DNA from: an uncultured Actinomycetes bacterium
GTDB lineage: Bacteria; Actinomycetota; UBA4738; HRBIN12
Assembly (NCBI GenBank): GCA_963704885.1
Contig: CAVPIB010000004.1
Span: 992,001-1,056,000, forward strand
Length of the DNA: 64,000 bases
Direction: 5' to 3'
A program made the translations under genes and the position numbers. Of the stretch, positions 50,080 to 58,753 are shown one piece after another; position 1 is the stretch's first letter; each line of letters begins with the position of its first letter. The notes below the pieces were generated by a model. That model saw only the letters and a list, made by a program, of their open reading frames with translations, was not told where the DNA came from and ran no database searches.

Positions 50080-50685
50080 GTGAGCCACGACCTCACCCGG
50101 CCGATACTCTTCCGTCGCGTGCGCTCCGACCCAGATCTCCGACAGATCCTCACCGAGCGACTGCTGTTGCGCCGCTCACGCGCCGACGACGCCGAAGCCA
50201 TCTCCGCCTATCGTAGCGACCCCGATGTCCACCGCTACCAGGGATGGGATCGCACCGACCCGGACGGCGTCCGCGAGGAGATAGAAGAGATGAGCGCGCG
50301 GGCGCCCGGCGATCCTGAAGGATGGGTCCAGTTCTCGGTGGAGGAGCGCGCCACCGGGACGCTCGTCGGCGACGTCGGTATCAGCCCCGCCGAAGGCGAA
50401 CCCGGCGTGATCAAGCTCGGTTACACCATGTCGCCACCGGCTCAAGGTCGCGGCTACGCCACCGAGGCGATCAGCGCCCTCGTCACGTACGCGTTCGAAA
50501 CGCTCGAGGCCGATGTGGTCCGCGCATACGCGAGCGAGGTGAACGTCCCCTCCATCCGTGTCGCCGAGAAGGCCGGGCTCCGCCTCATCGAACGCGTCGA
50601 GCGAAGCTACGAGGGCGAGATCTGGTTCGGCGTCCGATACGAGCTCCGTCGCAAGGACCTCAGGTCGACGGGCGACCCGAGGTAG
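50080..50685 (+). CDS. RimJ/RimL-type GNAT acetyltransferase
   Basis: TERLLLR, QGRGYATE, N.PS....EKAG. The start may be 50119. Confidence 0.9.
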   Translation: MSHDLTRPILFRRVRSDPDLRQILTERLLLRRSRADDAEAISAYRSDPDVHRYQGWDRTDPDGVREEIEEMSARAPGDPEGWVQFSVEERATGTLVGDVGISPAEGEPGVIKLGYTMSPPAQGRGYATEAISALVTYAFETLEADVVRAYASEVNVPSIRVAEKAGLRLIERVERSYEGEIWFGVRYELRRKDLRSTGDPR

Positions 50686-50693
50686 GCTCGGCC

Positions 50694-51071
50694 ATGGCCT
50701 ACGATGAGGAGCTCGCCGAACGGGTCCGGGCCGCTCTGGGCACCGTCGCGGGCGTGACCGAGATCAAGATGTTCGGCGGGCTCTGCTACACGGTGCGCGG
50801 TCACATGGCGGTTGGCGTCACCGGCCAGGATCTGATGGTGCGGATGGACGCAGAGGCGGCCCAGGTGGCCCTCTCCGAGCCCGGCGCCCGGCCCATGGAC
50901 TTCACCGGCAGACCGATGAAGGGGTTCCTGTTCGTAGGACCCCAGGGCGTGGGGACCGAACGTTCGCTCCAGACCTGGATCGAACGGGGCGTCTCCTACG
51001 CGTCGTCCCTGCCGCCTAAGAAGCCGAAGAAGCCGAAGGCTCCCGGATCGGGCCGAACGTCCCGCCCGTAG
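50694..51071 (+). CDS. TfoX N-terminal domain protein
   Basis: MAYDEELAERVR, KMFGG, DFTGRPMKG. Confidence 0.92.
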   Translation: MAYDEELAERVRAALGTVAGVTEIKMFGGLCYTVRGHMAVGVTGQDLMVRMDAEAAQVALSEPGARPMDFTGRPMKGFLFVGPQGVGTERSLQTWIERGVSYASSLPPKKPKKPKAPGSGRTSRP

Positions 51072-51127
51072 CCGGCCATCTGCCCCCTGTCCGCTCTCCG
51101 AGCTTCGGCCATCCTTCCCCTGAGCGT

Positions 51128-51158
51128 GAAGACCGCCCGTCCCACCCGGGCGGTCTTC
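51128..51158. terminator. Bidirectional terminator-like hairpin
   Basis: GAAGACCGCCCG...CGGGCGGTCTTC, 12 bp, between convergent genes. Confidence 0.75.
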
Positions 51159-51198
51159 CGTTTGCGGGGCTCGGGCTCAAGGGCGATCGACCCTCGAA

Positions 51199-52053
51199 CT
51201 ACTCGCAGGCGTCGACGATCTCGCCATCGGTACACGTATCCGTTCCACCGCCGCCGGTGAGGCTGTCACTCCCTCCACCGCCGTCCAAGAGATCATCGCC
51301 GTCACCCGAGGTCGGCAACTCCATATCACCGTAGATCTCGTCGTTGCCGTCCTCGCCGAAGAGCCGGTCGTCGCCTAGCTCGCCGAAGATCAGATCGGCG
51401 CCATCACCGCCGCGGATCAGATCCGCCCCGTCCTTCGTGGAGTCGTACTTGTCGTTGCCGTCTAGCCGATCCTTCCCGGCGCCGCCCAAGATCGTGTCGG
51501 AGCCCGGTCCCCCGGCCAGCACATCGTTGCCATCGCCACCGACCAGCCGGTCCCGGCCCGCTTCGCCGGACAGATCGTCAGCCTGGGGGCTGCCAACCAG
51601 GAGATCGTCGCCCGCTCCTCCGTTCTGGACGCCGCCACCGTTCGCACCCGGCAGGCCCGGTCCGCTGTAGAGACGATCGTTGCCGGTGCCGCCCTCCAGG
51701 TGGTCGGCCCCGTCGCGACCGTAGAGAAGGTCGTTGCCGTGATCGCCGGTGATCAGGTCGGGGTCGGGTCCACCGTCGATCATGTCGTCCCCGCCGCCAC
51801 CGTGGATCACGTCCGTGCCGCTCCCGCCGCAGATCCGATCGTTGCCCCCTCCGCCGGAGATGAGGTCCTGGTTCCCGAAGCCCACGATGACGTCTGCGTG
51901 AGGTGTGCCGTAGATCGCGTCGACGTGGCTGCTGCCCACGATCGTCGCCGGCCGGCCGAAACAGGTGGGCTGCGCGAACGCGGGCGACGCCGTCAGCGCC
52001 CCGACGAGCGCGACGGCGGATGCCGCCCCAGTAAGGACCCACCCACGTCTCAC
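51199..52053 (-). CDS. Secreted RTX/hemolysin-type Ca-binding repeat protein
   Basis: Signal peptide, C.GRPATIVG, many GGxGxDxLx repeats, terminal C...CE. Confidence 0.9.
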   Translation of the reverse strand: MRRGWVLTGAASAVALVGALTASPAFAQPTCFGRPATIVGSSHVDAIYGTPHADVIVGFGNQDLISGGGGNDRICGGSGTDVIHGGGGDDMIDGGPDPDLITGDHGNDLLYGRDGADHLEGGTGNDRLYSGPGLPGANGGGVQNGGAGDDLLVGSPQADDLSGEAGRDRLVGGDGNDVLAGGPGSDTILGGAGKDRLDGNDKYDSTKDGADLIRGGDGADLIFGELGDDRLFGEDGNDEIYGDMELPTSGDGDDLLDGGGGSDSLTGGGGTDTCTDGEIVDACE

Positions 52054-52152
52054 GGCATAGGTGTCGGCAGGAACGGTGCGAGCTCTTGAACGAAGATCAC
52101 CTCGGTCGCAGCATCGAGCGCCCCGACCGACGGGCGCGGGCATACTAGCTCC

Positions 52153-52584
52153 GTGATCGGTCCACTCCGCGTGACACGCTCGGTGGTCGTGCCCGAGGGG
52201 GAGTTGAGATGGCGGTTCAGCCGGTCGTCGGGCCCCGGCGGTCAGTCGGTCAACACCGCCGACTCGCGCGTCGAGCTCAGTCTCGACGTCGCCAAGACGA
52301 CGGCGTTGGGTCCTGTACAGCGAGCCCGCGTTCTCGAGCGCCTGGCCGGCCGGCTGGTGGACGGGGTCCTCACCATCACGGCCTCGGAGCACCGATCGCA
52401 ACTGCAGAACCGCGAAGCCGCGCTCGAGCGGCTCGCCGCGATACTCGCGAAGGCGCTCGCACCTCCGCCACCGCGCCGGCGTCCGACGAAGGCGAGCCGT
52501 GCAGCCGTGGAACGCCGCCTGGCGGCCAAGAAGCAACGGGCGAAGACCAAGGAGCTCCGTCGCGCAGGCAACGACGACGACTAG
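52153..52584 (+). CDS. arfB: Alternative ribosome rescue factor ArfB
   Basis: RSSGPGGQSVN, RSQLQN, basic tail. Confidence 0.95.
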   Translation: MIGPLRVTRSVVVPEGELRWRFSRSSGPGGQSVNTADSRVELSLDVAKTTALGPVQRARVLERLAGRLVDGVLTITASEHRSQLQNREAALERLAAILAKALAPPPPRRRPTKASRAAVERRLAAKKQRAKTKELRRAGNDDD

Positions 52585-52586
52585 GT

Positions 52587-54056
52587 TCAGACCGTGGGGT
52601 GGGCCTCGACGTAGCCCGGCGGTGGCGTCTCGCCCGGTGCGGGCTCGTGCACGAGCCCAGGCCCCGACTCCGCACGAAGCCCTTCCATCTCGAGCTCGCC
52701 GGAAGCCAACAGAGAGAGCATGTCGATGTCCAGCTCTCGTGCGTCGACCGTTCGCCGCACGGTCCACCGGTAGTCGGCGTCGCGGATCCTCTCACTGAGA
52801 TCTCGCTCTTCCGGCTCACACGAGCTCCCGGTGGCATCGAGGATCATCTTGAGCGTGGGATGGGCGAGAAGCCGTTCGTGGTTACGGACGACCACTCCCA
52901 CCTCGCCGGTGGAGAGCTCGGCCAGCGTGCCGATCGGGTAGAGACCCATCATCCGTACGAATGCGCGAACGACGCGAGGGTCGAACCCTTTGCCGGCGCC
53001 GGCCTGGAGCAGTGACAACGCTTGCCGCCGCTCCTCGGGCTGGCGGTAGGGCCTCGCGCTGGTGACGGCGTCGAAGCAATCCGCGACCGCCACGATCCGC
53101 GAGAGCAAGGTCGGCTGACGATTGCCTCGCAGAGAGGGATACCCGGAGGCGTCGTACGCCGCGTGATGCTCCAACACCACGGTGGCCGCCGGGTGATACA
53201 GGTCCCGGCTCGTCTGCAGGATCAAACCGGTTCCGTCGACCGGATGGTGCTGCACGATCCGCCACTGTTCCTCGTCCAGCGGTCCCGCCTGTTGCAGGAT
53301 CTGCCGCGGTACCTTGACCTTGCCGACGTCGTGCAGGAGCGCGCCGATCCCGAGGTTGATCACCTGCACTCGGTCCAGGCCGATCGCGTGCCCGAGTGCC
53401 AAGGACAGGACGCAGACGTTGATCATGTGGTGGTACGTGTATTCGTCGTGGGACTTCACGGTCGTCAGCAGGAGCGCCTGCGCGGGGTCCGCCGCGACGT
53501 GGTCTGCGAAACGTTCGGTGATCTGCCGGGTCTCGTCCATGTTGCCCGGTTGACCCGCCAGCAGGCGAGAGGCGGTCTCACGGAGGAACTCGAGCCCCAT
53601 CGCGTAGCTGCCCAGCAGCTCGGTCATCTCGGTTCCCCCGACGCCGGGGCTCTCCCCTCCGGAGTCGTTGATCGCCAGATGCACCAGCTCGTCCTCCGAG
53701 TACGGCTCGCCGATCAATGCGCGCACGAAGGCGTCCAGATCCTGATCTCCGACCGTCCGTGGCAGCTCGAACGACTCGATCCCGGCGCGCTCGAACGCTG
53801 ATGCCAACCGGAGCAGCGTGAGCGACTCCCAGGCGAGCATCGTTCGGCCCAGATAGAAGCGATGACGCGAGCGGAACAGGACCGGGACGGAGCTGGCGGC
53901 TCCACGCAGCAGGTCGGCCGCCTGGGCGAGTCCGGCCGCGTGTGCCCGCCTATCCGGGTGGCCAACCGGGTAAAGGCCGTACATCTGAGTGGCCGACGAG
54001 AGCGCACGTAGGAACCCTCCGGCGCGGTCGATCGCGATGGGCGACGCCGATCTCAT
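52587..54056 (-). CDS. HD-GYP domain phosphodiesterase
   Basis: YTYHH, LLHDVGK, HP..G, EHH...SGYP, AD.FDA....RPY, FDP. Confidence 0.92.
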   Translation of the reverse strand: MRSASPIAIDRAGGFLRALSSATQMYGLYPVGHPDRRAHAAGLAQAADLLRGAASSVPVLFRSRHRFYLGRTMLAWESLTLLRLASAFERAGIESFELPRTVGDQDLDAFVRALIGEPYSEDELVHLAINDSGGESPGVGGTEMTELLGSYAMGLEFLRETASRLLAGQPGNMDETRQITERFADHVAADPAQALLLTTVKSHDEYTYHHMINVCVLSLALGHAIGLDRVQVINLGIGALLHDVGKVKVPRQILQQAGPLDEEQWRIVQHHPVDGTGLILQTSRDLYHPAATVVLEHHAAYDASGYPSLRGNRQPTLLSRIVAVADCFDAVTSARPYRQPEERRQALSLLQAGAGKGFDPRVVRAFVRMMGLYPIGTLAELSTGEVGVVVRNHERLLAHPTLKMILDATGSSCEPEERDLSERIRDADYRWTVRRTVDARELDIDMLSLLASGELEMEGLRAESGPGLVHEPAPGETPPPGYVEAHPTV

Positions 54057-55990
54057 CGCTCACCTCCCGGGTTCGTTCCGCGGACCAACGCTTGCGCTCG
54101 CTTGCGTAGGGAGCGCGGGAGGCGCGGCCGCGAGCGCCTGCGTCGGGAGAACGATGCCAGCGCGGTCGCGGCCTCCGGGGAAGCGTGGACGGCGAGCGCG
54201 TCCAACGCCGCACGTCGGGTCTTCAGGTCGCCGGATCTGGTTACGACGCCGGCGAGTGCCTCCGCCGATCCGACGCCTGCGATCCCACGCAGCGCCTCGA
54301 TCGCCAAGAGCCGCACGGACGCGTCGGGCCCGGCGGCCAGCGCACCGAGGTAGGGAGCGGCGGCTTCACCACCCGCGGCGAGTCCGAAGACGGCCTCCCG
54401 GCGCACCGCTCCGGCCGCGTGTTTGGCGGCCTCGGCCATCAGATCCAACGACCGGGGATGACGCGAGTAGCGGAGCACGTTGACGGCGTTCCGCACTACG
54501 TACCACCTGTCGTCGTCCAGTCGACGTACCACGGGCTCGGATCGACCAGGCGCCAGCTGACGGAGGACGGCCAGGAGCGCAGCTCGGCGGCCGCGGTCTT
54601 CCTCATCGGCCAGCTCTGCGAACAACACGTCGACGGCCGTCTCCCCGAACGGGGAGAGCAGCAGGAAGGGCGTAGGTTCGTCTTCGGGCGGCTCATGATC
54701 GACGATCTCGGCCACCACGTGGCGGTCGATCGCGAGCGGTGCGAACGCATCGATGAACGAACGTCCGTCGCGTGGATCACGGGACGCCTCCACGGTGGAC
54801 ACGAGCTCCAGCACTCGGAGGTGGTCACGGCGCACTAGCGCCTCGCGCGTGGAACGTGCCCACACGTCCGCGACCAGTTCGAACTGTATCGGATCGTTCT
54901 CTAGCTCCAGGTAGTCCTGCAGCGTGGCCAGGCCCAGGGCGTTGCCCTGTCGTTCACCCGCCGTCGAGAGCTCGAGCAGGGCTCGCGTATCGGTGGGTTC
55001 GGACGCGAGGAGATGTTCAGCGAGCGCGTCGGCGACCGCCGTCCCAGGCCCGTCGACCGGACTGCCGATCTGCTCGAGGCCGGCGAGGATCGTGCTTCCA
55101 TCCTCGAACCCAGCCTCAAGCGCTGCGGTGAAGTCCACGATGTCGGGCATGCGGACACCCGAATCAGCCAGCCGCTGCGCCCTGGCCAGCGGCTCGCCCT
55201 CGTTCCCCCCCAGGCTCACGATGGCCCGGCTCAGCTCCGCGTTGCTGAGCGAGCCGATCAGCCTTTCCGCGAGCGGATCGGCTGCGCCCTGTTCGACGAG
55301 CTTGCCTATGACCGAGCGCCGCAGCTCCTCGGGAAGCACCACCAGCGCGCCGCACAGATCCGAGTAGATGTCCGCATCCGTCGTGACAGGGACGGCGCCA
55401 CTCGAGAGTGTTCCGCGGAACCGCGCTAGGACGGCCTCGGCCTGATCGTCGATCGAACCCGACAAGCCTTCGGTGAGCGAGGCCGCACTGGTCGGATCCG
55501 GCAGGTCGACCAGGGGATCGAACCCCTCCACTGCGACTGGACCACGGCCGCCCGGGTATCGCGTCGGCCCGAGACGCAACAGGGCGAGCGACGTGACGCC
55601 GGAAAGACGCGACTCCAGGCCGCCCGTCCGATCGAGCTCCTCGATCGGAGCAGTCAGCGCGGCGAACAGGGTATTCAGATCCGAGACCGACGGGACGCTC
55701 ATCATCCTCAGGGATTCGGCGCGTCGTTCGAAGCAAACGCGTGCCAAGCGAACCAGCGGCGTCTCGGCGGGAAGCTCCAGGTCCGGGGCGGAGAACCCCT
55801 TGGCCGAGATCTCGATGTCGGGGGGGTCGGCCAGCAGGACCGAGCGGGCCGCTTCCTGGATCAGGCCGGCCGTGGTCACGAACCCCGATCGCTCTGGGTC
55901 ATCCGGATACAGCCGATAGGTCGCCAGCCCGAACCAGAGCTGCCGAAGGAAGCCCGCGACCGCGCGGCTGCGCTCGTTAGCCGTTGCCAT
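54053..55990 (-). CDS. HEAT-repeat protein
   Basis: LDDDRWYVVRNAV, VRREAV, VRLLAIEAL. 4-nt overlap with HD-GYP. Start approximate. Confidence 0.85.
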   Translation of the reverse strand: MATANERSRAVAGFLRQLWFGLATYRLYPDDPERSGFVTTAGLIQEAARSVLLADPPDIEISAKGFSAPDLELPAETPLVRLARVCFERRAESLRMMSVPSVSDLNTLFAALTAPIEELDRTGGLESRLSGVTSLALLRLGPTRYPGGRGPVAVEGFDPLVDLPDPTSAASLTEGLSGSIDDQAEAVLARFRGTLSSGAVPVTTDADIYSDLCGALVVLPEELRRSVIGKLVEQGAADPLAERLIGSLSNAELSRAIVSLGGNEGEPLARAQRLADSGVRMPDIVDFTAALEAGFEDGSTILAGLEQIGSPVDGPGTAVADALAEHLLASEPTDTRALLELSTAGERQGNALGLATLQDYLELENDPIQFELVADVWARSTREALVRRDHLRVLELVSTVEASRDPRDGRSFIDAFAPLAIDRHVVAEIVDHEPPEDEPTPFLLLSPFGETAVDVLFAELADEEDRGRRAALLAVLRQLAPGRSEPVVRRLDDDRWYVVRNAVNVLRYSRHPRSLDLMAEAAKHAAGAVRREAVFGLAAGGEAAAPYLGALAAGPDASVRLLAIEALRGIAGVGSAEALAGVVTRSGDLKTRRAALDALAVHASPEAATALASFSRRRRSRPRLPRSLRKRAQALVRGTNPGGER

Positions 55991-56112
55991 AGATGCCCGC
56001 TCTTCCCGTTCGACGTTCATAAGTCCTATCGGCCGGGTTCGCACGGGCATGAAATCCGGACGGCCGAGGCTCTTGAACCACCCTTGGAGCCGGAGCGCCT
56101 ACCATTCGCGCC

Positions 56113-57285
56113 GTGGACGACCGGATCGTGACCCTGCTGAGCACCGCGCCTCTGATCGACGGGCACAACGACCTGTTGTGGGCGGTACGGGAAGCTCGTG
56201 AGAAGGACGGCACCGAGCTCGACGTGGCCCAACGCACGCCTCAGCTCCAGACGGACCTGCCGCGCTTGGGCGAAGGCGGCGTGGGCGGGCAGTTCTGGTC
56301 GGTGTATGTGCCCTCGCACCTGCCACCCGACGAGGCGGTGACGAAGACGCTCGAGCAGATCGATGCTCTCTTCGAGCTCGTCCAGCGCCACCCCACGCGC
56401 CTGGAGCTCGCGCGGACGGCCGATGACGTCGAGCGGATCGCAGGTGCCGGCCGGATCGCGTCGATGATCGGCGTCGAGGGCGGGCACTCGATAGGTGGCT
56501 CGCTCGGCACGCTCCGGATCCTCGCGCGACTGGGCGCCGGCTACATGACGCTCACGCACAACGACGACACGGCCTGGGCGGACTCTGCCACGGGCGAACA
56601 CCCACACGGCGGCCTCACCACGTTCGGCGAAGAGGTGGTCCGAGAGCTGAACCGGTGCGGCGTGCTCGTGGACCTCAGTCACGTGTCCGACGACACCATG
56701 CGTCAAGCGATCGGGGTGAGCGAGGCGCCGGTGATCTTCTCCCACTCGTCGGCCCGGGCGCTGTGCGACGTGACGCGCAACGTTCCCGACGACGTGCTCG
56801 AGCTGATCGGCAAGGCCGGGGGCGTGGTGATGGTCGCATTCGTGCCCGTGTTCGTCGCGCCCGAGGGCGCCGAGGCGAACCGGGCATCCTGGGTGAAGGC
56901 GCGCGAGCTCCGCGCCCAGCACGGGGAGGATCAAGAGGCGCTCGCCGCAGCGATGGAGGAATGGTGGACCTCACTCGAAGCGGTGCCGGCGACCGTGGTC
57001 CAGGTGGCGAACCACGTCGACCACGTGCGCGCCGTCGCCGGGATCGACCACATCGGCGTCGGCGGAGACTACGACGGCGCGGGAACGATGCCCGAGGGAC
57101 TTGAGGACGTGTCGGGCTACCCGGCCCTGTTCGACGAGCTGGCAGGACGTGGCTACACCGACGAGGAACTCCAGAAGATCGCCGGACGGAACGTGCTCCG
57201 CGTGATGCGCGAGGCCGAGCAGGTCGCCGAGCGACTGAGACGTGAACGTCCACCATCGATGGCGACGATCGAGACGACGGACTGA
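56113..57285 (+). CDS. Membrane dipeptidase (M19)
   Basis: DGHND, GVEGGH, TLTH, DLSH, SHS, GGDYDG. Confidence 0.95.
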   Translation: MDDRIVTLLSTAPLIDGHNDLLWAVREAREKDGTELDVAQRTPQLQTDLPRLGEGGVGGQFWSVYVPSHLPPDEAVTKTLEQIDALFELVQRHPTRLELARTADDVERIAGAGRIASMIGVEGGHSIGGSLGTLRILARLGAGYMTLTHNDDTAWADSATGEHPHGGLTTFGEEVVRELNRCGVLVDLSHVSDDTMRQAIGVSEAPVIFSHSSARALCDVTRNVPDDVLELIGKAGGVVMVAFVPVFVAPEGAEANRASWVKARELRAQHGEDQEALAAAMEEWWTSLEAVPATVVQVANHVDHVRAVAGIDHIGVGGDYDGAGTMPEGLEDVSGYPALFDELAGRGYTDEELQKIAGRNVLRVMREAEQVAERLRRERPPSMATIETTD

Positions 57286-57365
57286 GACGGCCGCACGGGC
57301 GCGCTTTGACCGGTCCCAACACGGGGGCATAGGCTCGCCGGAACGCTCTAGGGAAGGCGTTCTGC

Positions 57366-58175
57366 ATGCTGGGTCCATCCACGCTCAGCGGTCTGGCCGA
57401 GGAGTTCGAGCGGCTGGCGCCGCTCGTCGATCGCGACGTGGCCCGTCCGGCGAAGTGGCGCGGTCCGATCCGGCGGGAGTACGAGCGTGGGTGGCAAAGC
57501 CCCGACGAGCGCGCAGCGCTGGCATCCGCGTTCGATCGATGGATACGCGCCCCGGCTGACGGGTCGCCGATCTCACCAGGGATCCTCATGATGATGCATC
57601 GAACCCTGACGGGTGACGAGACCGGGTACCGCTCGGGGCTCGTCCGCGTGGGCTCGCGCGCACTCCCACCCGAGACCGTCCCGCGCGCTCGCGATGTTCC
57701 AGGTCTCGTCGAGGCATCGCTAGCACGCGCTGCCGGCGGCTTCGAGCCGCTCCCGCTGGTCGCGGCGCGGCTGCATCTCGAGTTGTTGTTGATACATCCG
57801 TTCTCCGATGGCAACGGGCGCGCCGCCCGTCTGGCGGCCTCACACGTGCTCGCGCGGGCCGGCTACCGCTCAACGTTGATCACCGCCGTCGAGCAGCACT
57901 CCCGCGCAGACCCCGAGGCCTACGCCCTCGCGTTCGGAGCGCTCCGAGCGGGCGACTTCGTCGATCACGACGGCTGGCTGGAGGTCGCGCTTCGCGCCGC
58001 CGTCGGTCGCGTCACGTTCGCCTGCTGGTGGAAGGCGGAAGGGGAGCCGGAGCTCGCGGACGCGGGACAGCTGCGACGGTGGCGGCGACGGCATCCGCGA
58101 AACGCCGAGGAGCTGGATCGACAGATCCGCCGGCTGAAGACCGAGGAAGCGGACGTGGTGGCGATGTCCGCTTGA
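57366..58175 (+). CDS. Fic-domain protein
   Basis: HPFSDGNGRAAR, preceded by G.YR...V.VG. Confidence 0.9.
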   Translation: MLGPSTLSGLAEEFERLAPLVDRDVARPAKWRGPIRREYERGWQSPDERAALASAFDRWIRAPADGSPISPGILMMMHRTLTGDETGYRSGLVRVGSRALPPETVPRARDVPGLVEASLARAAGGFEPLPLVAARLHLELLLIHPFSDGNGRAARLAASHVLARAGYRSTLITAVEQHSRADPEAYALAFGALRAGDFVDHDGWLEVALRAAVGRVTFACWWKAEGEPELADAGQLRRWRRRHPRNAEELDRQIRRLKTEEADVVAMSA

Positions 58176-58753
58176 ACCCGAGGAAGATCTGGGGCGTCCT
58201 GCTCATCGCGGGAGGTCTCATCTTGGGCATCATCGCGGTCGCGGAGATGCTCGGGCGCGGCGACACGGGCGCAGACGCGCAGGGCGTACCGTCTGTATCG
58301 TCGACTGGTTCACTCTCGCCGTCGCCCTCCCCGACATCGTCGCCTTCGCCGAGCGAGAGCCCGTCGCCGAGCCCTTCCGTCCGGCCGGCGGAGACGGCCG
58401 AGGAGTTCTTCGCACGCTTCTCTGCGGCGCTTCGGTCGGGCAAGATCGCGTTCCAGCTCGCCAGGATGCATCCGTTCGTGCTCGATCGCTATGCCGAGAC
58501 GGACTGCCGCGCCTACTTCGGTGGACTCGAACTCCCCGACTACGCCGTGGAGGTGCTGGAGACCGGAAAGGCCATGGAGTTCGTATGGGAGACCGATGAT
58601 CAGCGACGCACCATCCCGAGGGCTGTGACGATCCGCGTCCGGTTGACCGAGGATGGCGATACCTTCGTCGAGACAGACACGCACCTGGTTCTCCGCGATG
58701 GCAAGTACCTCTTCCTGAGCGACTGTGGATCGCCGAAGGAGGGCGCCCGATGA
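58172..58753 (+). CDS. Single-pass membrane protein with Ser/Pro linker
   Basis: TTG overlapping the Fic TGA. N-terminal TM, SPSPSP linker, then a ~115-aa domain with two Cys. Confidence 0.75.
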   Translation: MNPRKIWGVLLIAGGLILGIIAVAEMLGRGDTGADAQGVPSVSSTGSLSPSPSPTSSPSPSESPSPSPSVRPAETAEEFFARFSAALRSGKIAFQLARMHPFVLDRYAETDCRAYFGGLELPDYAVEVLETGKAMEFVWETDDQRRTIPRAVTIRVRLTEDGDTFVETDTHLVLRDGKYLFLSDCGSPKEGAR

